Below, piece after piece: positions 19,058-28,059 of a stretch of 36,873 nt of DNA. Position 1 is the first letter of the stretch; each line of letters begins with the position of its first letter. The notes below the pieces were generated by a model, which was given only the letters and a program-made list of their open reading frames with translations, was not told the DNA's origin and did not search any database. The position numbers and the translations under genes are program-made. Origin of the DNA: Minisyncoccota bacterium (GTDB lineage Bacteria > Patescibacteriota > Minisyncoccia > Phycocordibacterales > JAACPR01); contig JAYTLZ010000016.1 in NCBI GenBank assembly GCA_043728995.1, positions 1-36,873 of the forward strand. The letters are read 5' to 3'.

Positions 19058-20884
19058 TTACTGTGCGTTTACGTACTCAGAAGATGATCGGTATGTAGAC
19101 TCAGGTACAAGCTGGAAGACAGTGTCCTCGTTCGCAGCCTGGTCGTTGTGGTTCACGCTGTAAAGCTGTGCCCGGTACGTTCCAGATGTTGCGGCGTCGA
19201 AGAATACCTCTACAGTAAACTGTACAGTATCCTCGCTACCAATCTCAACGAAGTTGTTGTTGTCCTCATCCTCGTCAGCCGTAACTGAGAAGGTTGTTGT
19301 TCCAGTTGTAACTAGAGCGTTAGATCCGTCGAAGATCGCAACGCTGAATCCTACGTCTGAGTTAGTTGTAGTTCCTCGTGAAGCTGCAAGCTCTACGAAG
19401 GCCTCCTCCTCGAACGCAGTAATATCAACTACGAATGTGTACTCTCCAACAGTATCGTTATCTCCTGAAGTATCAGACTCCTTTGAAGATAGCTCAGCTG
19501 TAAGACCAGCGATTGCAAGTGTGTGCTCGTCTCCAGTAGCTGATCCGTCTGACGTTACGTCATCCGCACCCTCTCCGTCGATAGCTCCAGTCTCAATGCT
19601 TGCCTGGATAGTCTCGCCAGATGTGGCGAAGTTTGTTCCGTTAGCAGCCTTGAACTCAGCGATAAGCACAACTGCAACCTCTGAGTCAGCATCTAGAGTG
19701 TAGTCACTGTCGATGTCGAACTCAATTGTAGCTGTTGTTGTAGCTCCATCGTCATTGTCAACGAATGACCAGTCATCGAACTCCTCTCCGTCGATCTCAA
19801 GAGTAAACTCTGAGACAACATCGATTACGTCCTCTGTACCTGTCTCGATCTCAATCAGAACAGTATCGATCTCGATGTCTGATTCCTCAGCCTCAAGGTC
19901 GAATACGAAGATTGAAGCAGGATCTGACTTACCGTCGTCCATAACCTCTAGGGTCTCAGACTCTGGATCGTCATTTGAAGAGCTTACGTTAAGCTCCTCT
20001 CCGTCTCCCTCAACCTCGATTGTGAAGTCAACCTCATCTGAAGCCGACCCAGTGTACTGCTGGATTCCCTCAGCGTCAGTAACTCGGATTCCCTGAGTTC
20101 CATCAACTGAAATTGTCCAATCTGCAGCATCTGCATCTGCTCCATCAACTGAGTTCTGAGCAGTAATCTCAATCATGATGTTTACTGTCTCACCCTCTCG
20201 TACGATGTGATCGATTCCAGAAATTCGGATTGTTCCATCATCCTCATCAAGGTAGTTATCCTCGTCTGAAAGATCGGTCTCTCCAATCTCCTCACCGTCA
20301 ACTAGAAGTCGAAGTGAGTCGAATGAATCCCATGGATCCTCCTCCTCGTTTCCTGAATCAGCAACTAGAGCTAGGTCGACTCGGTCGATTGAGACGTCTC
20401 CGTCCTCAACGTCGAACTCGATCTTTGCGATCTCTGCTGAAGCACCCTCCTCTACATCAGAATCATCTCCTGATGAAAGGTCGAACTGCTCAAGTGATGC
20501 CTCTCCTCCTGAAAGGTCATCGTCGTTGTCTGTATCACTGTCGTCATCGTCGTCACCACCGTTTGCTGGAGGTGTTACTGGAGTTGTATCCATAGCAACC
20601 TTGGCTCGTGTGATTGGTCCGAAGTATCCGACTGCTGGAGAAATTCCAACTGAAGCCTGATATCGTGCAAGTGCTGACTGTGTTAGAGCTCCGAAGTATC
20701 CCTTTGAGACTCCCGCAGGAATCATAAGCATACCCTTCATCTCCAACCATGTCTGCAACTCGATTACGTCTGCTCCAGTTGATCCCAATGTAAGGTCTCG
20801 TGTGAAGGCAGCGTTTGCTGAAACTGCTGTAAGAGCGAATGCTACTACAGCGAAGATCCCAGCAATTTTAACTGAAAATTTCAT
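19058..20884 (-). CDS. secreted, extremely acidic protein with N-terminal peptidoglycan-binding domain (PG_binding_1-like) and repeated beta-rich modules
   Basis: Signal peptide MKFSVKIAGIFAVVAFALTAVSANA. PG-binding-like LGSTGADVIELQTWL...GYFGALTQSALARYQ. The remaining >450 aa are dominated by D/E/T/S. Start trimmed to the ATG at 20884. Confidence 0.8.
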   Translation of the reverse strand: MKFSVKIAGIFAVVAFALTAVSANAAFTRDLTLGSTGADVIELQTWLEMKGMLMIPAGVSKGYFGALTQSALARYQASVGISPAVGYFGPITRAKVAMDTTPVTPPANGGDDDDDSDTDNDDDLSGGEASLEQFDLSSGDDSDVEEGASAEIAKIEFDVEDGDVSIDRVDLALVADSGNEEEDPWDSFDSLRLLVDGEEIGETDLSDEDNYLDEDDGTIRISGIDHIVREGETVNIMIEITAQNSVDGADADAADWTISVDGTQGIRVTDAEGIQQYTGSASDEVDFTIEVEGDGEELNVSSSNDDPESETLEVMDDGKSDPASIFVFDLEAEESDIEIDTVLIEIETGTEDVIDVVSEFTLEIDGEEFDDWSFVDNDDGATTTATIEFDIDSDYTLDADSEVAVVLIAEFKAANGTNFATSGETIQASIETGAIDGEGADDVTSDGSATGDEHTLAIAGLTAELSSKESDTSGDNDTVGEYTFVVDITAFEEEAFVELAASRGTTTNSDVGFSVAIFDGSNALVTTGTTTFSVTADEDEDNNNFVEIGSEDTVQFTVEVFFDAATSGTYRAQLYSVNHNDQAANEDTVFQLVPESTYRSSSEYVNAQ

Positions 20885-20957
20885 AGTTTGGTAAGTGTTT
20901 GTCGTTAAGCACATGCGACCGGTTATTATAAATTCGCTCACACATGCTTTACTGATA

Positions 20958-20979
20958 AATTAATAATTAATTATTAATT
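20958..20979. promoter_or_regulatory. Perfect 22-bp A/T-only palindrome ~75 nt upstream of the acidic protein gene
   Basis: AATTAATAATTAATTATTAATT equals its own reverse complement. Confidence 0.35.
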
Positions 20980-21502
20980 CAAATTGTCGGTACAACTTAA
21001 ATCGTTTTTTTGTTTTTGGTTGCGGACGTACCCCGCAACCCTTGCCTACCGAGACAAGTGGCTTGTATCTCTACTCGCCTATATATTCACCAATTCAGGT
21101 TCTCCGGAAGAGAGCTCCTGAAATCAGCTTCAAGATGGTATGTCTGAAGTTCAATCTTTAACTAATCGTTACTGAATGAGTCATGCAGATTATCCTAAGA
21201 TCACTTGGCAAACTGTTTTGAGAACTTTGCATGTCTAACACTATATATGCGACATCTGCACAAGGCACATGTCTCTATATAGTGAACTGCTATTAAGTTT
21301 TCAAAGTTCAGTCGTGCGGTCGTATTCGATCTCGGGATCCCCTCATTATATATGTCAGTTGCCTGACCTCTATACAAAGGTTGTGTGGAAAACTCATAGA
21401 GTTTGGCCACAAGACATATAATATGAGGTTTTGGCAAAAAAGTCAATGAAACAAAGGGTCAAATCAAATAGGTCTGGCCGCGCAGGCCTGACCAATTTGA
21501 GA

Positions 21503-22312
21503 CTACACGAGCTTGTATTTTGCCCACCGTCGCTCACCTTCCTTCCTAATTTGTCCTTTATCAATGAGGGTCTGAAGGGTACGCTGAATGGTCTTCTCGC
21601 TGCAGTCATAGATGACCGAGGATATGTCCTTTATGGAAACGGTTCCCTTGTCACGAATAACTTCAAATATCTTTTCCTCACGGTCTTCCTTTGGCATTTC
21701 AGTCGCTTTTGAAATAGCTGTCAAGTGCGGCTTTTGGGCCGGTTTCTTGTCCTTTATAAAGGACATCTTGACCTGCGGCTTGGATGGACTGTCCTTTAGA
21801 TGAGACGGGTCAGCAGCCTCCTGTTTCGGCTTGGTCTGCATGCCTCGAGCATGCCTGCTCTGACCTACGACAAACATGTCCTGCTTGACCTGGAGTTGCC
21901 CAGTTTCTGATACCGCCTTTGTGGATAACTCCTCGACATGCTTATGCAGGTAGTTGATCTCGGTCTTGAATATCTCGATATTGGACTCTGATATATAGCC
22001 AGATATGCAAGAGAGTGACAAAAGCGAGCTGAGGTACTGCAAGTGCGCATGGATCTCGTCTATGTGTGAGGTCTTGATACCAGTCGTCTGTGGAAACTGG
22101 GTTGTCACACGCAGGAGCGCGTGGGATGTCTTTTTGAGATCACCATGAAGTGCCTCTGTCCTTGGGATGAAGTTGGATAGCACGTAGACACCGTAGACGA
22201 TGCGCTCTGTCTTTTTTATTACAAACTCTACATGCTTGTCCTTTATGAAATCCTTATATTCTATGAATCGATTTACGAGGCTTGTTTCCTTTTCTAAATG
22301 TCTTTTATCCAT
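21503..22312 (-). CDS. hypothetical protein with C-terminal DeoR-like winged-helix DNA-binding domain
   Basis: The C-terminus EEKIFEVIRDKGTVSIKDISSVIYDCSEKTIQRTLQTLIDKGQIRKEG is wHTH-like. The start could be the ATG at 22312 (MDKRH) or further upstream at 22384. Confidence 0.6.
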   Translation of the reverse strand: MDKRHLEKETSLVNRFIEYKDFIKDKHVEFVIKKTERIVYGVYVLSNFIPRTEALHGDLKKTSHALLRVTTQFPQTTGIKTSHIDEIHAHLQYLSSLLSLSCISGYISESNIEIFKTEINYLHKHVEELSTKAVSETGQLQVKQDMFVVGQSRHARGMQTKPKQEAADPSHLKDSPSKPQVKMSFIKDKKPAQKPHLTAISKATEMPKEDREEKIFEVIRDKGTVSIKDISSVIYDCSEKTIQRTLQTLIDKGQIRKEGERRWAKYKLV

Positions 22313-22477
22313 ATATGAGAGTGTGTCTTTTATAAATTCAAGAGTGATATATAGGACATTATATCTTTTCCACACAGAAAGCAACTTATGCGATGTCTTT
22401 TATGTTTTACCCTTATTTTTCAATATGTATGTGGGATTTTTGTGATAAAATAAGCGCATAACTTATATACAGACATA

Positions 22478-24718
22478 ATGGGACGAAAGAAGAAGACGGA
22501 AGCAAAGGAAGAGGGCTTCCAGAAACATATCAGTACAGAGACCAAGGAAACAATTTGGGCAATCGGCTTCTTTGTCGTTGCGACCTTCCTGGTACTTATT
22601 GCCTTTGGTGGTGCATCGGTAGAAAGTGAGAACGGCTCCGTCGGACGTGCGATCTTCCGTGCCCTCAAGTATCTCTTCGGGATCGGCTACTATCTTCTCC
22701 CTCTTATATTGGTCACTCTCGGTATTTCATTTCTTAAGGAGATCAAGAACAACCTGGCGTGGCCCAAGGTACTCGCGTCAGCAGTTCTCTTTATCTCGGG
22801 ACTCGTATTCGTTAGCCTCCTCTCTATCCAGGCAAACTTCATCAGCGGCGGTCTGGTCGGATCACTTATCGCACGTCCTCTTGTGAGCATGTTCGACTTC
22901 TGGGTCAGCCTCGTTCTGACACTCGGCGTCGTTCTGATTTCTACCATCGTCGTACTCGAGGCCAAGTTCAGATTGCCAAGCTTCCAGAAGGCACCCATCG
23001 ACCCTGAGGAGGATAAGAAGTTCAAGGAGGCACAGGATCTCAAGACCAACATCCCGATGGACATGGATGACGAGGATGACAAGCCTGAGGAACCACTCAA
23101 GGCGGACCCGAGAAGGAAGCCTGACCTAGAGGACGAGGAGGAAGATGACATGGCCCCAAAGAAGTCGAGCGGACTGATCTTCTTCCCTGGTTCAGCATCT
23201 GGAAAGGAATTTGTCGCACCTCCACTTACCCTCCTAGAGAAGGACTCCGGAAAGCCCGGCGTCGGAGACATCAAGGCGAACGCCAACATCATCAAGCGAA
23301 CGCTGTTCAACTTCGGCATCGAGGTTGAGATGGATGAGATCTCGATCGGACCGTCAGTTACCCGGTATGCCCTCAAGCCTGCCGAAGGAGTGAAGCTTGC
23401 CAAGATCGTCGGACTGCAGAACGACCTGTCGCTAGCGCTTGCAGCCCACCCGCTTCGAGTAGAGGCCCCTATCCCGGGTAAGTCACTCGTAGGTATCGAG
23501 ATTCCGAATACGACCAAAACAAAAGTTGGACTCGGATCGCTTCTGGATGCCAAGGACTTCAAGAATATGGAGAAGCCACTTTTGACCTGTCTTGGAAAAG
23601 GCATCACCGGCCAGGCAATATTCAGTGACATCGCAAGGATGCCACACATGCTGATCGCCGGAGCAACAGGATCCGGAAAGTCAGTGACTATCCATGCCAT
23701 CGTCGCTTCCCTCCTCTACCGAAACTCGCCGGACAACCTCAAGTTCATCATGATCGACCCGAAGCGAGTTGAGCTCACTTTGTATAATAAAATCCCTCAC
23801 CTGCTGACGAACGTGATCACGGATGCCAAGAAGGCCATCCTCTCACTGAAGTGGGCGGCAAAGGAAATGGATCGACGATACGACATCCTGCAGAAGTACG
23901 CCGTGCGAGACATCAAGTCCTACCAGGACACGATTGTGAAGCCTGCCGTTGACAGTGCAAAGAACAAGGTCATCGAGGAAGACCAGCTCCCTCCAGCAAT
24001 GCCGTACATCATGATCATCATCGACGAGTTGGCGGACATCATGCAGACATATCCGCGAGAATTGGAGGCCGCCATCGTTCGTCTGGCACAAATGTCACGA
24101 GCCGTGGGTATCCACCTTCTCCTTTCAACACAGAGGCCTTCGGTGAACGTTATCACAGGACTCATCAAGGCGAACGTCCCTACCCGACTGGCGCTCCAGG
24201 TGGCATCCCAGATCGACTCGCGAACGATTCTCGACATGCCAGGCGCCGAAAAGCTCCTTGGAGCCGGAGACATGCTCTTTATGTCAGGAGAAATGGCCAA
24301 GCCTATCCGAATCCAGTCGGCATTCATTACAGAAGGTGAGGTCAAGAAGTTGGTGGACTGGCTGGCAAGCAACTATGAGGCAGAGCTGTCGAGTCTCAAC
24401 CTCGAAGACCAGACCGGAACGGCCTCTATCCTCGCCTCACTTGATGGGGATGACCGAAACGAGGATCTGGACGACATGTTCGACCAGGCCAAGCAGGCGG
24501 TCATTTCAGCCGGCAAAGGCAGCACCTCATACATCCAGAGAAAGCTCGGCGTGGGGTATGCACGTGCGGCTCGCCTTATGGACCAACTGGAAGAGCAAGG
24601 CATTGTCGGACCAGAGAACGGCTCCAAGCCTCGAGAGGTACTCGTTGGCGGAGGTAACGGCGGCGGTTCAAACGAATATACGCCCGAGGATAACCAGCGA
24701 GGACTTAATTCACTGTAA
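22478..24718 (+). CDS. ftsK: DNA translocase FtsK/SpoIIIE
   Basis: N-terminal TM segments, acidic linker, motor domain with Walker A GATGSGKS and Walker B IIIDELAD, and a C-terminal gamma wHTH (YIQRKLGVGYARAARLMDQLEEQGIVG). Confidence 0.95.
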   Translation: MGRKKKTEAKEEGFQKHISTETKETIWAIGFFVVATFLVLIAFGGASVESENGSVGRAIFRALKYLFGIGYYLLPLILVTLGISFLKEIKNNLAWPKVLASAVLFISGLVFVSLLSIQANFISGGLVGSLIARPLVSMFDFWVSLVLTLGVVLISTIVVLEAKFRLPSFQKAPIDPEEDKKFKEAQDLKTNIPMDMDDEDDKPEEPLKADPRRKPDLEDEEEDDMAPKKSSGLIFFPGSASGKEFVAPPLTLLEKDSGKPGVGDIKANANIIKRTLFNFGIEVEMDEISIGPSVTRYALKPAEGVKLAKIVGLQNDLSLALAAHPLRVEAPIPGKSLVGIEIPNTTKTKVGLGSLLDAKDFKNMEKPLLTCLGKGITGQAIFSDIARMPHMLIAGATGSGKSVTIHAIVASLLYRNSPDNLKFIMIDPKRVELTLYNKIPHLLTNVITDAKKAILSLKWAAKEMDRRYDILQKYAVRDIKSYQDTIVKPAVDSAKNKVIEEDQLPPAMPYIMIIIDELADIMQTYPRELEAAIVRLAQMSRAVGIHLLLSTQRPSVNVITGLIKANVPTRLALQVASQIDSRTILDMPGAEKLLGAGDMLFMSGEMAKPIRIQSAFITEGEVKKLVDWLASNYEAELSSLNLEDQTGTASILASLDGDDRNEDLDDMFDQAKQAVISAGKGSTSYIQRKLGVGYARAARLMDQLEEQGIVGPENGSKPREVLVGGGNGGGSNEYTPEDNQRGLNSL

Positions 24719-24719
24719 T

Positions 24720-25265
24720 ATGACCAGAACACCACTCAGCCTTAAGACCATGATGATAGGAACACTTGCCCTTTTGATCGTCGGATATGCAATTTTCAAT
24801 ACGCGCTTCTTGATCCGCGGACCAGAGATCGTGCTCGAGAACGTCGAGGACTCGATCGTTACCGAGGAAAAGACCCTCTCTCTGACCGGAAAGATCCTGC
24901 ATTCGTCATTTATCTCTATCAACGGACGTCCTATTTTCATAGACGAGAACGGTAATTTCAACGAGAAGTTGTTGCTTTCCAGCGGCGTGAGTATAATTGA
25001 TATATACGCCAAGGATAAGTTCGGAAAGGAAGTACGGCGAAAGATCGATGTTCTTTATCGGGGACAGACCGAACCTGTTGATTTTGGAAAGGTTGCGTTG
25101 GTTACTACTGCGGAAGCGAACGGGACATCTACCGAGATGATGCTCGTTAACAGAGTGTCGGATGACGAAACGATCGCAACAGAAACCGCGACTAGCACTT
25201 CCCCCCAGGATTCGGCAACCATGACCCTGATGACACCTGCGACGACGACACCAGCAGGACGTTAG
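24720..25265 (+). CDS. membrane-anchored hypothetical protein (181 aa)
   Basis: The ATG at 24720 follows the ftsK TAA by one nt. TM helix MMIGTLALLIVGYAIF, then a beta-rich domain and a T-rich tail. The longer track ORF (from 24258) overlaps ftsK out of frame. Confidence 0.65.
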   Translation: MTRTPLSLKTMMIGTLALLIVGYAIFNTRFLIRGPEIVLENVEDSIVTEEKTLSLTGKILHSSFISINGRPIFIDENGNFNEKLLLSSGVSIIDIYAKDKFGKEVRRKIDVLYRGQTEPVDFGKVALVTTAEANGTSTEMMLVNRVSDDETIATETATSTSPQDSATMTLMTPATTTPAGR

Positions 25266-25310
25266 AAATTTTTAATAGAATTATCAGGACGAATACATAA
25301 CAATACGGAC

Positions 25311-26348
25311 ATGCAAAAGAAAAAAGCAAAAGCGAAAGCAACAAAGACAATTAGCTCCGAGAGCACCATTGAGGAGACACTGAGAGAGATCAAGACAAAG
25401 TTCGGCGAGGAGGCGATCATGAAGCTTGGCGACAGGCCGAAGACGAGCGTTGACGCTATCCCCTCTGGATCAATCGGTCTGGATGAGGCACTTGGCGTTG
25501 GAGGATACCCACGAGGACGAATCATCGAGGTATTCGGACCTGAGTCATCGGGTAAGACGACACTAACCCTGCACGCGATTGCAGAGGCACAGAAGAAGGG
25601 CGGCGTGTGCGCGTTCATCGACGCGGAGCATGCACTTGATCCTGAGTACGCCAAGAGGCTTGGCGTAAAGCTGGACGAGCTTCTCATCTCGCAGCCTGAC
25701 ACCGGAGAGCAGGCGCTTGAGATCGTTGAGAGTTTGGTTCGTAGCGGTAAGATCGACATCGTAGTCATCGACTCCGTTGCGGCACTTACTCCAAAGGACG
25801 AGATCGAAGGAGACATGGGTGCTCACCACGTGGGTAAGCAGGCACGACTGATGTCGCAGGCTCTGCGAAAGCTGACCGCGATTACCGCCAAGAGCAAGAC
25901 CATCGTGATCTTCATCAACCAGATCCGAATGCAGATCGGCGTGATGTTCGGTAACCCTGAGACGACACCAGGAGGAAAGGCGCTGAAGTTCTATACCTCA
26001 GTACGACTCGATATCCGACGAATCGCCCAGATCAAGAAGGGTGAGGAAATCATGGGAGGACGAGTTCGCGTGAAGGTCGTAAAGAACAAAGTTGCTGCCC
26101 CATTCCGGGCTACCGAGTTCGATCTGATGTACAACGAGGGCATCTCACTTGAGGGTGAGCTGATCGCGCTTGGAGAAAAGTACGACATCATCCAGAAGTC
26201 AGGAGCGTCGTACGCGTTCGGCGAGTCCAAGCTGGGACGAGGATATGACGCCACTCGGCAGTTCCTGAAGGAGAATCCGAAGATTACAAAGGAAATCCTT
26301 ACGCTCATCAAGAAGAAGTTCAAGGACGAGGCTGACGCTGCTGCGTAG
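25311..26348 (+). CDS. recA: recombinase RecA
   Basis: Walker [27 protein letters not shown] and [22 protein letters not shown] motifs. Confidence 0.97.
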   Translation: MQKKKAKAKATKTISSESTIEETLREIKTKFGEEAIMKLGDRPKTSVDAIPSGSIGLDEALGVGGYPRGRIIEVFGPESSGKTTLTLHAIAEAQKKGGVCAFIDAEHALDPEYAKRLGVKLDELLISQPDTGEQALEIVESLVRSGKIDIVVIDSVAALTPKDEIEGDMGAHHVGKQARLMSQALRKLTAITAKSKTIVIFINQIRMQIGVMFGNPETTPGGKALKFYTSVRLDIRRIAQIKKGEEIMGGRVRVKVVKNKVAAPFRATEFDLMYNEGISLEGELIALGEKYDIIQKSGASYAFGESKLGRGYDATRQFLKENPKITKEILTLIKKKFKDEADAAA

Positions 26349-26361
26349 TCTGTAGCTTCCA

Positions 26362-26470
26362 CAAGAACACCAATAGAATAAAAAGGCACGCCGTATTTTT
26401 CTGGGGAAAAATCGGCTGGTGCTCGGGCCGTCGCCCTCCGCAACGCCTTTTTATTCTATTGGTGTTCTTG
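26362..26470 (+). repeat. Long-arm hairpin element, copy 1 (26-bp perfect arms, 57-nt core)
   Basis: Arms CAAGAACACCAATAGAATAAAAAGGC (26362-26387) and GCCTTTTTATTCTATTGGTGTTCTTG (26445-26470). The core plus 3 nt of each arm (26385-26447) recurs reverse-complemented at 29805-29867. Confidence 0.85.
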
Positions 26471-26542
26471 CTTTAGCGGCAGCACAACTCACCAGATACG
26501 CGGGGTTCCATTTTATGGATATTTTGATAGTATGTGGGAACT

Positions 26543-27136
26543 ATGTCTATATTGAATTACAATGAAATCAAGGAGCGAAAGTACATCGTACTGGACGGAG
26601 ATCCATACGAGGTGCTGGAATCTCACGTATTTAGAAAGCAGCAGCGAAAGCCCGTTAACCAGAGCAAGTTGCGAAACTTACTGAACGGATCCGTCCGACA
26701 GGAGACGTTCCATGCCAACGACACGGCTGTAGAGGCAGATATTAACAAGACCAAGTACGTCTTTACATTCATGAAGGCAAACCGACAGACGGGTGTGGAC
26801 GAGTACTGGTTCCACGACAAGGCCAACCGGTCTAACCGGTCTATGGTATTGCGGTCTGTGATCGAGGACTCAGCCAAGTACCTGAAAGAAGGTGCCGAGG
26901 TAGATGCGATGATCTTTAACGACGTGCTGATCGGAATCACCCTCCCAATCAAGATGCAGTTCAAGGTGACCGAGGCTGCACCCGCAGTTAAGGGAAACAC
27001 CGCCAACGGAGCAAGCAAGATCGTGACGATCGAGACGGGAGCGAAGATTACGACGCCGATCTTTATCGTCGAGGGCGACGAGATCATGGTGAACACGGTT
27101 GAGAACAGCTACGTCGAGAAGGCCAAGAGCAACTAG
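26543..27136 (+). CDS. efp: elongation factor P
   Basis: EF-P fold pattern (YIVLDGDPYEVLES...; C-terminal OB domains with VETGAKITTPIFI). The ATG at 26543 is preferred over the track GTG at 26534. Confidence 0.85.
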   Translation: MSILNYNEIKERKYIVLDGDPYEVLESHVFRKQQRKPVNQSKLRNLLNGSVRQETFHANDTAVEADINKTKYVFTFMKANRQTGVDEYWFHDKANRSNRSMVLRSVIEDSAKYLKEGAEVDAMIFNDVLIGITLPIKMQFKVTEAAPAVKGNTANGASKIVTIETGAKITTPIFIVEGDEIMVNTVENSYVEKAKSN

Positions 27137-27181
27137 GCACAGCGTAGTGAAGACTGTTTGAGTCGAGCATACAATTAAGAG

Positions 27182-27215
27182 ACGGCGGAGCACTGCGTGC
27201 TCCGCCGTTTTGTTT
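27182..27215 (+). terminator. Intrinsic terminator of efp
   Basis: ACGGCGGAGCAC-tgc-GTGCTCCGCCGT followed by TTTTGTTT. Confidence 0.85.
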
Positions 27216-27239
27216 ACATGACCTCAATGGGTCCTATGG

Positions 27240-27425
27240 TTACATAATTCTCATGAACCGCGCCTCGTAGTATGCCGTGACCGCGTCATGCATCTGGGCA
27301 TGCTCGCATTCCATTTCATACAGCACGCGATCACGATCGATCTCTGGAACCAAGGGGTCGATCAGGACCGACTTGGTATCCCGCTCCCAGGCAGCAAGGC
27401 TCTCATCCGGATTGGTAATGTTCAT
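27240..27425 (-). CDS. small hypothetical protein (61 aa)
   Basis: ORF only, no recognisable motif. Composition resembles the flanking chromosome. Confidence 0.3.
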   Translation of the reverse strand: MNITNPDESLAAWERDTKSVLIDPLVPEIDRDRVLYEMECEHAQMHDAVTAYYEARFMRIM

Positions 27426-27579
27426 ACGTCCCCTACTTTAGCAAGACGACCTAAAGGAAATATAAAGAAATACCGCATTCAGTTTCCCGAAATACAGCCT
27501 GGAGGGATTTAAGTGCCTGGTCACAAGCGAGAGCTTCATGTGTATTTTGCATCTGCTATCGTAATTAGCACATAGATAA

Positions 27580-28059
27580 TTAAAACCCTATGCCTCTCAA
27601 AAACACCTCAGGTCTAGCGACAAGCTTAACACCCAAGGCATTACACGTATCAGGTATTTTATATCTAGTATCACCCTGTTTCATTGGAAATTCTCTAGTA
27701 AATATTCCGTAGCCGTTATTCTTTGCCTGGGCAATTATTAACGGATCACCGCTCGAATTGAAACTGATGGGATCAACCATGGGATATGTTATGTTAATGG
27801 TGAGTGCGTCCAACTTATCCTTAGACGTAAGAGGAGTGACAAGAGAGGCATTTTTTTGTTTTTTACACCAATCCTTTAGTTCCCTTGGGTGGGTTATCTC
27901 ATCAAACACCACCTCACTTAGTATCCATTTTCCATCCTGAAGCGCCTTCTCAAGTTTATCCCAAAACGGCTTACTTATGGATAGACCTATTGGATTCCAA
28001 AGATGAAAACCGATTAGAGTGTTTGAATCCATTATGTAAATCAGTGCCGGAGTTGTCAT
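27580..28059 (-). CDS. DUF4411-family PIN-like protein (putative nuclease/toxin partner of the ImmA/IrrE gene)
   Basis: The N-terminal YIMDSNTLI and C-terminal YKIPDTCNALGV patterns resemble DUF4411. The start overlaps the upstream gene stop by 4 nt (ATGA). AT-rich. Confidence 0.65.
   Translation of the reverse strand: MTTPALIYIMDSNTLIGFHLWNPIGLSISKPFWDKLEKALQDGKWILSEVVFDEITHPRELKDWCKKQKNASLVTPLTSKDKLDALTINITYPMVDPISFNSSGDPLIIAQAKNNGYGIFTREFPMKQGDTRYKIPDTCNALGVKLVARPEVFLRGIGF

Noticed and set aside
19254-20096. 149-aa and 127-aa ORFs on the + strand
   Set aside because: They are antisense to the acidic surface protein gene. The Ser/Val-rich translation is the mirror of GAx/ACx-rich codons.
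21018-21040. Hairpin GGTTGCGG-N7-CCGCAACC with an adjacent T-rich tract, as a terminator
   Set aside because: It has the same problem: the T-run is 5' of the stem on the + strand and becomes an A-run 3' of the stem on the - strand.
22690-23700. 336-aa ORF on the - strand
   Set aside because: It is antisense to the ftsK linker and motor region. The S/P/R-rich low-complexity translation fits the mirror of a GA-rich coding strand.
24258-24719. 5' extension of the 335-aa + strand ORF overlapping the end of ftsK
   Set aside because: It overlaps ftsK out of frame for 460 nt. An ATG at 24720, one nt after the ftsK stop, begins a sensible TM-anchored protein, so the CDS was trimmed.
25262-25816. 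184-aa ORF on the - strand
   Set aside because: It is antisense to recA and Ser-rich, with no independent signals.
26392-26415. Resemblance of the core hairpin GCCGUAUUUUUC-UGGG-GAAAAAUCGG to group II intron domain V
   Set aside because: Only the GCCGUAU string matches. The bulge is on the wrong strand, the AGC triad and GNRA loop are absent, and no reverse transcriptase or other intron domains are nearby.
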